DNA from: a virus
Virus record (IMG/VR): IMGVR_UViG_3300007352_000005
Span: 1-50,544 of that record
Reading direction: 5' to 3' (one strand)
DNA: 50,544 nt
A program made the translations under genes and the position numbers. Shown in pieces: positions 7,089 to 15,949 of the stretch (its first letter is position 1; each line of letters starts with the position of its first letter). A model generated the notes under the pieces. It made no database searches. It saw nothing but the letters and a program-made list of their open reading frames with translations, and was not told the origin of the DNA.

Positions 7089-7676
7089 ACGCACTTTCCG
7101 TGGCAAGCTGGTGAGGTAACTACTTGAATTAAATACTTAATGGTATTGCCAAGGAATTAAAATAATAATAATTAATTATTCTTTAATTCATTTGGGGAAC
7201 TTTTTCCTCTTTTACCTGTCTAAGGATAACTAGGAAATAAAAAGGAAACACATATTTTTTATTAGGCGGGGATAGACTAAAGGAATAGAGGATTGGGGAA
7301 CAACCCTCATTGTGTTCAGCACACAATCCTTAGATGATGTCTTTACGTTGGGGATATTACATTTATTCTGTAAAACGAGACGACCGCTACCCATTGACGA
7401 CAGCTTCAGTCAAATGCTAGAATGGGACAATATTGGGGCAGTAAAGCAGGGGGATGATAGAGAAGGTATTCCCTGCACCAACTCGGAGGAGTGGTTTCCT
7501 CTTTAAACATCAAACAGCCCCATATCTAAATTAATAGAGAATAACAAAAGCATTTAACACCTAACGGAGCGCTGTACGAGCTGGGAATCTGAGGAGCAAA
7601 AGCTCTGAGGGTATCTAGATAGACTAAGGGCAACAGCTCTTGGGATATCATCCCATAAGCTCGTCTTTGATTACCT

Positions 7677-8000
7677 ATGTTTAAATTTAGCTGTTTAGTT
7701 TTAGCTGTTTGGCTAATGGCACTCCCTGTAGTTCTAGCTCAGGAAGAGATGACTCCGGTAGATAGTTGCTACCATAAGGCTAATTTCTACTACCACGTAG
7801 CTCTCACGAGAGATAGTGGTATTCCTAGGGTAGACCTAGAGATGTATTTCAAGAGGCTTGCTGCTCAAACAGACATTCCTCTTTCCCTGTTAGATAAATA
7901 CATAGAAGCCATTGTCTATGTTTATTCCGTTAATAGCACCCCTAAGAATATAGCTTCTGGTGTGTTTCAAGAATGCCTTTCCCCCACTAAGAGAATATAA
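7677..8000 (+). CDS. secreted protein with signal peptide (107 aa)
   Basis: MFKFSCLVLAVWLMALPVVLAQEE is a typical Sec signal with an AxA-like cleavage site. No clear Shine-Dalgarno. Confidence 0.5.
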   Translation: MFKFSCLVLAVWLMALPVVLAQEEMTPVDSCYHKANFYYHVALTRDSGIPRVDLEMYFKRLAAQTDIPLSLLDKYIEAIVYVYSVNSTPKNIASGVFQECLSPTKRI

Positions 8001-8248
8001 TGCCCCATACGAAAAAGCACAGACAAGAAAGCTATGATTCTTTAATTAAGCGTGAAATGAAGAACAATCCAGAATCCACCTCTCGTCTTTTAATGGAAAA
8101 TGAAATGCACGAAGAGAGAATGAACGCAGAGGCAAAGCGCCGTGTTCGTAAGTCTGAGAGTGGTAGGTACGAAGGACAGGATTTGTCCAACCTAGAGGCT
8201 GCCGGTAATGACGAAGATGGCGAGAGCTTGAAGAAGAAAAAGAAATAA
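8000..8248 (+). CDS. hypothetical charged protein (82 aa)
   Basis: ATGA-type coupling to the upstream ORF. Lys/Glu-rich. Confidence 0.45.
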   Translation: MPHTKKHRQESYDSLIKREMKNNPESTSRLLMENEMHEERMNAEAKRRVRKSESGRYEGQDLSNLEAAGNDEDGESLKKKKK

Positions 8249-8249
8249 T

Positions 8250-8714
8250 ATGCGGGATTATTCAATAGAGGACAAGATTGAGGCTGCTATAGCGTGGCTT
8301 ATTACAGGGTCTTCAGAAGAGGCCGGTAAGTTTTGTCAGGTGCCCGGCAGGACAATACGTAGCTGGATGCATCAGCCTTGGTGGGAGGACATCCTCAAGG
8401 AAGCCCAAGGACGCAAGCAGAAGGAGCTGGACGCTGTCTGGACGGGGCTTATACACAAGACCGCCCTAGAGCTCAGGGACAGAATTGATAACGGGGAGAC
8501 AGTGGTTAATGCTAGGACAGGTGAGGAACGTAAAGTGCCTGTCAAAGCCAAAGACCTAGCTATTGTCATGTCCATAGCTGTAGACAAGAGAGCCCTAGCT
8601 AGAGGCCAAGCCACTCATCGTACCGAGAAGGTTAATGTGGATGAGCGCCTTAGCAAGATTGGGAATAAACTAGAAGAGACAGGTAAAATTATTGCTGAAA
8701 GCAATGAGGCTTAA
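8250..8714 (+). CDS. terS: terminase small subunit (putative)
   Basis: Lies immediately upstream of the large terminase and overlaps it. Has an N-terminal HTH-like segment EEAGKFCQVPGRTIRSWM. Confidence 0.55.
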   Translation: MRDYSIEDKIEAAIAWLITGSSEEAGKFCQVPGRTIRSWMHQPWWEDILKEAQGRKQKELDAVWTGLIHKTALELRDRIDNGETVVNARTGEERKVPVKAKDLAIVMSIAVDKRALARGQATHRTEKVNVDERLSKIGNKLEETGKIIAESNEA

Positions 8715-10156
8715 TGCTTAACGCTGCTAAAGTAGCAGGATTTGTTAATAGTTTTTTAATTGATAGGTATGATAGTCCAGTTGCTATAGCTGATTTCCAC
8801 AGGGAGATGTGGGAGGATATGACCAGCGAGAGCACTAGGATTGCTAGAGCTGCTCCACGGTCTCATGCTAAGAGCACAGCTGTAACACACACCATCACAT
8901 TAGCTAAGTTTCTATTCAGAGAGAAGAAGTATGGAATTATTGTATCTGACACGGAGAGTCAGGCTTCTCAGTTTTTAGGAGACATTAAGACAGAGCTCCT
9001 AGAGAATAAGGATTTAAGGGATTTGTTTGGCGTTAAAAGGATTGTTAAGGACGCTATTACGGACATCATTGTAGAGATGGACGATGGGCATCAATTTCGT
9101 ATTCAGGCTCTAGGCGCAGAACAGAAGGTTAGAGGCCGTAAGTGGCGTAACTATCGCCCAGACTTCATCATCTGTGATGACCTAGAGAACGACGAGATGG
9201 TGGAAAGTGACGAGCGTAGAGAGAAGTTTAGGAATTGGTTCTTTAAAGCTCTCCTGCCCTCCCTCTCCAAATCAGGGCAGATTATTGTTATAGGAACTAT
9301 TCTTCATATGGACTCTGTGTTAATGCGTCTAATGAATAATAAGTCTTGGAACACGAAGCTGTATAAAGCCCACAATGGCTTTGAAGATTTTAGTGGGATT
9401 TTGTGGCCTGAACAATGGCCGGAGAAAGACCTAAGAGCTGTCAGGCAGGGGTATATTGATGACGGATATTCAGAAGGCTATGCCCAAGAATATCTAAATG
9501 ACCCCATCTCTCATAGTGAGGCCTTCTTCCGTAAGGAAGATTTTAAGCCCATAGAGGATGAGATGAGGGGCTTGGCTACCAGCAACTATGCTGCTGTAGA
9601 CTTAGCCATCTCAGATGCTGATAAAAGTGCGTACACGGTTATTGTAGTGGGTGGGCTGGATAATATGCGTAGGCTCCAAATAAAGCAAGTGCTACGCTTT
9701 AGAGGAGACGCCAATGACATCATCAATACGATGTTTGAGGTACAGAAGCTCTACGATATTCAGCTATGGAAGGTGGAGCAAGGGCAGATTAAACTCACCC
9801 TTATGGGCCCCCTCAATGAGCAGATGGCCTCCACAGGGGTGTATCTGAACATAGTGCCCGGTGTTCCCACCAAGGACAAGCGTAGTAGAGCTAGAGCTAT
9901 TCAGGCGCGTATGAGAGCAGGTGGTGTGTATTTTGACACTGAAGCTGAGTGGTATCCAGCTTTCGAGCAAGAGCTTATTCAATTCCCGAAGGGAACTTAT
10001 AAGGACCAAGTGGACGCAATAGCGTGGCTTGGTATAGCTATCAACGAATTATCTGAGGGCCCCACCTCGTTTGAACAAGAAGAGGAAGCCTATCTTGAGA
10101 GAAGTAAGGAATACCAAAGCGAATTCATAGGCAGAAGTGCCATAACAGGATATTAA
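8714..10156 (+). CDS. terL: terminase large subunit
   Basis: Walker A-like PRSHAKST, Walker B FIICDDLEND, nuclease-domain AAVDLAISD. 480 aa. Confidence 0.9.
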   Translation: MLNAAKVAGFVNSFLIDRYDSPVAIADFHREMWEDMTSESTRIARAAPRSHAKSTAVTHTITLAKFLFREKKYGIIVSDTESQASQFLGDIKTELLENKDLRDLFGVKRIVKDAITDIIVEMDDGHQFRIQALGAEQKVRGRKWRNYRPDFIICDDLENDEMVESDERREKFRNWFFKALLPSLSKSGQIIVIGTILHMDSVLMRLMNNKSWNTKLYKAHNGFEDFSGILWPEQWPEKDLRAVRQGYIDDGYSEGYAQEYLNDPISHSEAFFRKEDFKPIEDEMRGLATSNYAAVDLAISDADKSAYTVIVVGGLDNMRRLQIKQVLRFRGDANDIINTMFEVQKLYDIQLWKVEQGQIKLTLMGPLNEQMASTGVYLNIVPGVPTKDKRSRARAIQARMRAGGVYFDTEAEWYPAFEQELIQFPKGTYKDQVDAIAWLGIAINELSEGPTSFEQEEEAYLERSKEYQSEFIGRSAITGY

Positions 10157-10158
10157 TA

Positions 10159-12111
10159 ATGCCCTTAGACGAACGTATTTCTTTAGAAGATGCCGTTAAA
10201 TCAGACAACATTGCTAAGATGTTGGATGAAGACGATTTGGTCAAGATAGGGAATGAAGTGGTTGATGGATATGATGCTGATGAACAGAGTCGCAGTGAGT
10301 GGTTGGACAGATATGAGCATTCTATTAAGCTTGCGACACAGGTGGTGGAAGCTAAGTCTTATCCGTGGCCCAAGGCCTCTAATGTTAAATATCCCCTAAT
10401 GACTCTGGCTTGTTTGCAGTTTCATGCAAGAGCTTATCCTGCCCTTATTCCCTCTAAAGAGATTGTACGCATTTCTACTGCCGGAAAGGATTTCCTAGGA
10501 ATTAAGGCTAGACGGGCTCTACGTGTCTCGTCCCATATGAACTACCAAGTGTTGACACAGATGGAAGACTGGGAAGAGAATATGGACCGTCTTCTCATTA
10601 CCCTGCCTATCACTGGTACAGAATTTAAGAAGACATACTTTGACAGTGTTCTCGGTAGGAACGTATCAAAGCATGTGTTTGCTAAAGACCTAGTAGTTAA
10701 TTATTGGGCTAAGAGTTTAGAAACCGCCTTCCGTAAGACGGAGATAATGGAACTCACCCGTAACGAATTAGAAGAAAGAGTAAGGGCTGATGTCTATCTT
10801 CCTATGGGAAATAGTGCTCCTGACGCAAGACAGGATGTAACCACAGAAACTTCGGATGCAGCTCAAGGTGAACGTAGACCCCAAGAAGACTCTTCTACTC
10901 CTTTTACTATATTGGAGTGCCATACTTATTATGACATGGACTATGACGGCTATGCTGAGCCGTACATCATTACAGTTGAAAAGAGTACTAGGAAAGTGCT
11001 ACGCATTGTGGCTCGCTTTCAAAAAGATAATATTAAAAAGAAAGACGGGAAAGTAATTAAGATTAAGGCTGATGAATACTACACTAAGTATTCCTTCATT
11101 CCTTCTCCTGATGGTGGCTTCTATGATATGGGATTTGGCACCTTAATTGGTCCTCTCAATCATGCTGTTAATAGTATCATCAATCAGCTAGTAGATGCTG
11201 GTACTTTGTCCAATCTGCAATCTGGGTTTATAACTAAGAACTTCCGTCATAAAGGCGGGAACTTACAGTTTGAGCCCGGTGAATGGAAAACAGTTAATGC
11301 TATGGGCGCGGATATTAAGGCCGGCCTCTACCCCCTTCCTGTCAGAGAGCCTTCAGGCGTGTTGTTTAATCTGTTGGGCATGTTAATTGAAAGTGGACAA
11401 AGAGTGACTTCTACTACTGAGATGATGGTGGGAGAGAATCCCGGCCAGAACCAGAAGGCCACTACTACTCAAACAGTACAAGAGAATGGCATGAGAGTGT
11501 TCACTGCCATTTACAAACGTCTACGTAGGGCCCTAGGCATTGAGTTTAAGAAGCTTTATTCTCTGAATGCTCTCTACCTAGACCGGAAAGAATACTACAG
11601 AGTGATTGACCCGCAAGAGGACGATATGCAGGAAATGTCTATCTATCGTAGTGATTACGAAGATGAGACTTTGGACATCCACCCCACTGCCGACCCGAAT
11701 GCCGTCAGTCAAACTACTAAGATAATGCAAGCACAGTCTATTATGCAAGTGCTGCAACTCGGTGTTCCTCCGCGTAAGGCTCTTGAGAGATATTTCAAGG
11801 CTTTAGAGATTGAGAACTTTGAGGAGCTTATGCCTCCAGAAGGTGCTGAACAACAGCCGCCTCCTGAGATTATCTTGAAGATGCAAGAAGCGAAACGTAA
11901 AGAATTTGAAACTATGCATAATGCAGAAATCAAAGAACGCGAACAGGACCGTAAAGAAATAGAGACTGGTATTAAAGAGCGTGATATGGTTAGTAAGGTG
12001 AAGCAAGCCGAAGATGGTAATAGAAAAGACTTAGTAATTGCGGCAATGAACGCCGAACAAAAAGACATTTCCGAAAGACGGAAGGAGAAGCTAGGTGTCA
12101 AGAAAGATTGA
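10159..12111 (+). CDS. portal protein
   Basis: 650 aa directly after the large terminase. Long charged helical C-terminal tail (KEREQDRKEIETGIKERD...). Confidence 0.8.
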   Translation: MPLDERISLEDAVKSDNIAKMLDEDDLVKIGNEVVDGYDADEQSRSEWLDRYEHSIKLATQVVEAKSYPWPKASNVKYPLMTLACLQFHARAYPALIPSKEIVRISTAGKDFLGIKARRALRVSSHMNYQVLTQMEDWEENMDRLLITLPITGTEFKKTYFDSVLGRNVSKHVFAKDLVVNYWAKSLETAFRKTEIMELTRNELEERVRADVYLPMGNSAPDARQDVTTETSDAAQGERRPQEDSSTPFTILECHTYYDMDYDGYAEPYIITVEKSTRKVLRIVARFQKDNIKKKDGKVIKIKADEYYTKYSFIPSPDGGFYDMGFGTLIGPLNHAVNSIINQLVDAGTLSNLQSGFITKNFRHKGGNLQFEPGEWKTVNAMGADIKAGLYPLPVREPSGVLFNLLGMLIESGQRVTSTTEMMVGENPGQNQKATTTQTVQENGMRVFTAIYKRLRRALGIEFKKLYSLNALYLDRKEYYRVIDPQEDDMQEMSIYRSDYEDETLDIHPTADPNAVSQTTKIMQAQSIMQVLQLGVPPRKALERYFKALEIENFEELMPPEGAEQQPPPEIILKMQEAKRKEFETMHNAEIKEREQDRKEIETGIKERDMVSKVKQAEDGNRKDLVIAAMNAEQKDISERRKEKLGVKKD

Positions 12112-12385
12112 ACTAGACGACTATAAAGAATGGAAAGAAAATCCAATTACTCAGAGATTGTTTCAGTTTTTAGCAGAAGAAGCGTTAGTTAGAAAGCAAT
12201 ACATAGCAGACGGCAGTTGTAGGAAAGACAGTATATTTGAGACAGGTGAAGCGTATATGAAGCAGATTACAGCTGCGGAAATATACACACTGGTAGCAAA
12301 TATCGAATATGAAGACTTATTCTCAGAGGAGAATGCAGAAGATGAAAGTGTCCCCAGTGGGTCATCGGGTACTAATAAAGCCTGA
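12095..12385 (+). CDS. hypothetical head-module protein (96 aa)
   Basis: ORF overlapping the portal stop by 17 nt and the next gene by 44 nt or more. Confidence 0.45.
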   Translation: MSRKIELDDYKEWKENPITQRLFQFLAEEALVRKQYIADGSCRKDSIFETGEAYMKQITAAEIYTLVANIEYEDLFSEENAEDESVPSGSSGTNKA

Positions 12386-12656
12386 TAAGATAGAAGAGGT
12401 TAGTAAGGGCGGTATTATCATAGCAAAACCAGCTGTAGAAAAAGAGCAGCTTGGGCAAGTAACTGGAGTAGTGCTGGCGCTAGGTAATGATTGTTGGAGA
12501 GAGTACGATGCTCCTTGGTGTAAGGTGGGAGACAAAGTACTTTATCAGAGATATGCAGGTATGAGAATACCAGACGCAGAAAGTGAGGGCGGGTTTAGAC
12601 CCGATATGGTGTTACTAAACGACCTCGACATCACAGGAGTTGTGACCAATGAGTGA
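12342..12656 (+). CDS. GroES/Cpn10-like co-chaperonin
   Basis: MKVSPVGHRVLIKP, KGGIIIAKP, VTGVVLALG and KVGDKVLYQRYAG are collinear with GroES (RPLHDRVIVK, AGGIVL, GEVVAVG, VKVGDIV). I chose the start at ATG 12342; ATGs at 12309 and 12333 are also possible. Confidence 0.7.
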   Translation: MKVSPVGHRVLIKPDKIEEVSKGGIIIAKPAVEKEQLGQVTGVVLALGNDCWREYDAPWCKVGDKVLYQRYAGMRIPDAESEGGFRPDMVLLNDLDITGVVTNE

Positions 12657-13497
12657 AGAACTAAATAAAGAACCAGCAATTGAGGAAGAGATTGTTGCCG
12701 AAGAAGTGGTGCAGGAACAAGAGCAGGAACAGGTAGACCCTATAGAGGCTGCCGCTAGAGAGAAGGGCTGGAAGCCAGCAGAAGAGTATGAAGGAGACCC
12801 GGAAGCATGGGTTGATGCAAAAGAGTTTGTAGCTCGTGAGCCTTTGTATAAGGCCTTGCATAAGGTAAATAGAGAACTTAAGAAACAACGGGAAGAAACC
12901 ACCAAAGTCAAACAGTTGTACGATAGGATAGAAACTACGGCTAAGGATAAGGCCATGAAGGAATTACAGGCACAGTTGCGTGCTGCCTCCGAGGACAAGG
13001 ACATTGAAACAGCTCTAGCCATCAAGGACAAGATGAAAGAGTTGGAGACTCCTCCTCCGAAGGTTGAGATAAAGAATGAAGCGTTTGACGCGTGGGTTGC
13101 TAGTAATGAGTGGTATGAGGCTGACGAGGATTTGAAGGATTTTGCGGATGCACGTGGAGCTAGAATTCTACAGCAAAATCCAGATATGCCTCTTGAGCAG
13201 ATATACGCAGAAGTAGCAAGAGCAACTAAACAGGCATTTCCTAAGAAATTTATGAACCCTAACAAAGAACGAGCCACAGCAGTAGATAGCGGAAAACAAA
13301 TTCCTGCTAAGTCTGTTGGAGGCAGAAAGAGAGAAGTATCTTATGATGATTTGCCCGCAGAGGTGCAAGAAGTTTATCGTAAGATGGTTAAGAAGGACAC
13401 AACTCATACACGTGGTAATCCTAACGGGATTTTATCACATGCTGAGTTTATTAGAGACTATATCGCCGTAGGCGGCACTGTAAATACTGGAGCTTAA
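12649..13497 (+). CDS. scaffolding protein (putative)
   Basis: 282 aa, very Glu/Lys/Ala-rich and helical. Lies between the portal and capsid genes. Confidence 0.55.
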   Translation: MSEELNKEPAIEEEIVAEEVVQEQEQEQVDPIEAAAREKGWKPAEEYEGDPEAWVDAKEFVAREPLYKALHKVNRELKKQREETTKVKQLYDRIETTAKDKAMKELQAQLRAASEDKDIETALAIKDKMKELETPPPKVEIKNEAFDAWVASNEWYEADEDLKDFADARGARILQQNPDMPLEQIYAEVARATKQAFPKKFMNPNKERATAVDSGKQIPAKSVGGRKREVSYDDLPAEVQEVYRKMVKKDTTHTRGNPNGILSHAEFIRDYIAVGGTVNTGA

Positions 13498-13500
13498 TTC

Positions 13501-13944
13501 ATGGCTAACACTAGACAAACAAGAGAAGTAGCATTGGAAGCAATGCGCCCGAAGAGAGTTCCTCTTCACGAGCAACGTCGTAATCGCCTGACCTTTACCG
13601 ACCAAGACCCTAATTATGTTTATCGTGTTGTAAACGATATTGATAATAGAATTGAGCAATTCAAACTAGCAGGGTATGAAGTGGTCGAACACAAAAGTAA
13701 AGTTGGAGATACGGCAGTTGTGGATGGTAACGTGTCATTGGGTAGTGGGACTAGAGTCAGTGTGGGCTCTGGTAGGCAAGCAATTCTAATGCGTATTCCC
13801 AAAGAACTTTACGAAGCTGACCAAGCTGAAAAGCAGAAGGAAGTAACTCGTAAAGAAAACCTATTGATTCGTAAGAAACGTAAATCTAGCGAAGCGGGTG
13901 AAGATGGTACTTACGGTGAAGTTTCTATTGAAAGAAATGCGTAA
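13501..13944 (+). CDS. hypothetical head-module protein (147 aa, basic ends)
   Basis: ORF with tight spacing. No motif recognised. Confidence 0.55.
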   Translation: MANTRQTREVALEAMRPKRVPLHEQRRNRLTFTDQDPNYVYRVVNDIDNRIEQFKLAGYEVVEHKSKVGDTAVVDGNVSLGSGTRVSVGSGRQAILMRIPKELYEADQAEKQKEVTRKENLLIRKKRKSSEAGEDGTYGEVSIERNA

Positions 13945-13992
13945 TTGTATAAATACATCTGGCCTGTTAGCAATTTAAAGGAAATTTAAAAT

Positions 13993-14568
13993 ATGGCTAA
14001 TGCTGACCGTCCCTCTGGTCTGCGCCCCGTAGGTACTATTTCAGGCGCGCCTTGGATGGGACATGTTCGGTCTTTCCCAGTTGACTCGTCCAACGGCACT
14101 GCGATTTATCGTGGTGATGCTGTTAAGTTGGAAGACGATGGTAACATTGCTCCGGCAACTGCTGGCGACCTGTTACTTGGTGTGTGCGTAGGTGTTGAAG
14201 TAGACCGTACTGTTGCTGCTACAGAACATCCGGGCTATCTCCCTGCCTCTACCGCTGGCACCATTATGGTGTGCGTGGGACCAGATGTAATTTATGAAAT
14301 TCAAGAAGATTCAGTTGGTGGCGCTATGGTTGCTACTAACGTAGGTTCCAATGGTGATATTGCTGTCACCGCTGGTAGTACCGTCACTGGTAACTCCAAA
14401 ATGGAACTTGATTCGTCTGACGTAATCTCTAAGGATTCGTCTGCGGCCACTGCGCAATTGCTTGTGCTTGGCTTGGTTGACCGTCCTGACAACGCAATCG
14501 GCACCGAAGCAAAATGGCTCGTTCGTATTAACGAAAGCGTCTTCTTGCACGGTAGTGCTGGTCTCTAA
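13993..14568 (+). CDS. head decoration-like protein (putative)
   Basis: AAGGAAA Shine-Dalgarno. Gly/Ala/Val-rich beta protein directly upstream of the capsid gene. LEDDGNIAPATAGDLLLGVCVGV resembles the gpD/DUF2190-type pattern, recalled from memory. Confidence 0.35.
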   Translation: MANADRPSGLRPVGTISGAPWMGHVRSFPVDSSNGTAIYRGDAVKLEDDGNIAPATAGDLLLGVCVGVEVDRTVAATEHPGYLPASTAGTIMVCVGPDVIYEIQEDSVGGAMVATNVGSNGDIAVTAGSTVTGNSKMELDSSDVISKDSSAATAQLLVLGLVDRPDNAIGTEAKWLVRINESVFLHGSAGL

Positions 14569-14581
14569 GGGAGCATAACTA

Positions 14582-15490
14582 ATGAGCGTAATTAATCGTG
14601 GTAGTATTGGTAAAGCTCTCTGGCCTGGACTGAACAAGGTATTTACTGAAAAGTACAATGCTCATCCTCTTGAGCTGACGGACCTTTTCGATACCTATAA
14701 TTCCGACAAGGCGTTTGAAGAAGACCTGAGCATGAGTGGCTTTGGTCAGGCCTCAGTTATTGAGGAAGGCAGTGGAGTGACGTATGATAGTTTCCAGCAG
14801 GGTTTCCTTACTCGTTACACAATGACGAAATATGGAACGGGCTTCATCGTTACGTCCGAAGCTGTTGATGACAACCAGTACACTGAGATTGCACTGAAAC
14901 GAGCTGCTGAATTGGCTCCTTCGGTGAAAGACACTCAGGAAACTGTGGCTGCGAACGTGTATAATCGTGCGTTCAATTCCAGCTACACTGGTGCTGATGG
15001 CCTTGAGTTGCTCTCTACTGCCCACGTCAACGTGGCTGGTGGTACGTTTGCAAATGAACTGGCGACTGCTGCGGACTTGTCAGAAGCTTCGTTGGAACAG
15101 GCCGTTATTGACTTGATGAAGTTTACGAATGACCGTGGCCTTAAAATCGCTGTCATGCCTACTTCATTGATTATCCCTGTTGACCTGTGGGCGGAAGCTG
15201 AGAGAATTCTCAAGTCTCCTCTCCAGAGCGGGAATAGCAATAACGACATCAATGCTCTTAAGATGTCTGGGTATATTCCGAAGGTGGTCCTCAATCATTA
15301 TCTCACCGATACTGATGCGTGGTTCATCCGTACAAATGTCCCCGACGCACTGAGACGTTTTGTTCGTAAACCCGTCACCTTCTCGGAAGACAATGACTTT
15401 GATAGCGATAACCTCAAATTCAAGGTTGTGTACCGTGAGGCGTACGGTTGGTCGCGTCCTAAGGGCTTATTTGGTAGCCCGGGGGCCTAG
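14582..15490 (+). CDS. major capsid protein (HK97-fold, putative)
   Basis: 302 aa with an AAGGGAG Shine-Dalgarno. Position after the scaffold and decoration-like genes. Strongly biased codon use (Arg almost always CGT) suggests high expression. Confidence 0.7.
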   Translation: MSVINRGSIGKALWPGLNKVFTEKYNAHPLELTDLFDTYNSDKAFEEDLSMSGFGQASVIEEGSGVTYDSFQQGFLTRYTMTKYGTGFIVTSEAVDDNQYTEIALKRAAELAPSVKDTQETVAANVYNRAFNSSYTGADGLELLSTAHVNVAGGTFANELATAADLSEASLEQAVIDLMKFTNDRGLKIAVMPTSLIIPVDLWAEAERILKSPLQSGNSNNDINALKMSGYIPKVVLNHYLTDTDAWFIRTNVPDALRRFVRKPVTFSEDNDFDSDNLKFKVVYREAYGWSRPKGLFGSPGA

Positions 15491-15495
15491 TCTAA

Positions 15496-15891
15496 ATGCC
15501 GTTTGCTGATTCTGTTAAAAAGGCTGAGTATCATAAGGAGTATAGAAAAACTCATCCAGAAATTCTTATTTATTTACGGAACTATCGTAAGAAAAATCCG
15601 GATAAAGTTAAGAACATTGACTTAAAACGAACTCATGGGATTACATTGGAGCAATACCAACTGTTGTTAAAGCAACAAGACGGTGTGTGCGCTATTTGTA
15701 AAAGACCTGAATTTGTTTTATGTTCTGGAACAGGAAAGGCAAGATATTTGGCAGTAGACCACAACCATAGTACAGGAAAAATTCGTGCCTTGCTTTGTAC
15801 TAATTGTAATAAAGCAGTTGGACACTTAAAAGATAGTCCAGAACTAGCGAAAGCTTGCCTAGAATATCTTGAGTTCCATGAAGGCGCGTAA
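15496..15891 (+). CDS. Endonuclease VII-family (HNH-type) homing endonuclease
   Basis: CAICKRP...LAVDHNHSTGKIRALLCTNCNKAVG is the T4 endo VII zinc/HNH signature. Confidence 0.8.
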   Translation: MPFADSVKKAEYHKEYRKTHPEILIYLRNYRKKNPDKVKNIDLKRTHGITLEQYQLLLKQQDGVCAICKRPEFVLCSGTGKARYLAVDHNHSTGKIRALLCTNCNKAVGHLKDSPELAKACLEYLEFHEGA

Positions 15892-15904
15892 GAGGTAAAA
15901 CTGT

Positions 15905-15936
15905 GGGGAGGGTAGACATGCCCTCCCCCTTTCTCT
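15905..15936 (+). terminator. intrinsic terminator, plus strand
   Basis: GGGGAGGG (15905-15912) pairs with CCCTCCCC (15921-15928), followed by CTTTCTCTC. Confidence 0.7.
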
Positions 15937-15949
15937 CAGAGAGGTATTT

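Noticed and set aside
7312-7506. 64-aa plus-strand ORF in the leader of the virion operon
   Set aside because: It starts with a GTG, has no ribosome-binding site, and overlaps the strongest leader hairpins. It is more likely untranslated leader.
12615-13277. 220-aa minus-strand ORF, with many similar antisense ORFs on the track (for example 24214..24753, 25242..25700, 26453..26896, 11709..12146, 16067..16516)
   Set aside because: Each lies entirely inside a longer, motif-bearing or syntenic gene on the other strand. Their translations are low-complexity (Ser/Ala/Leu/Cys-rich). They would break the strict two-block strand organisation.
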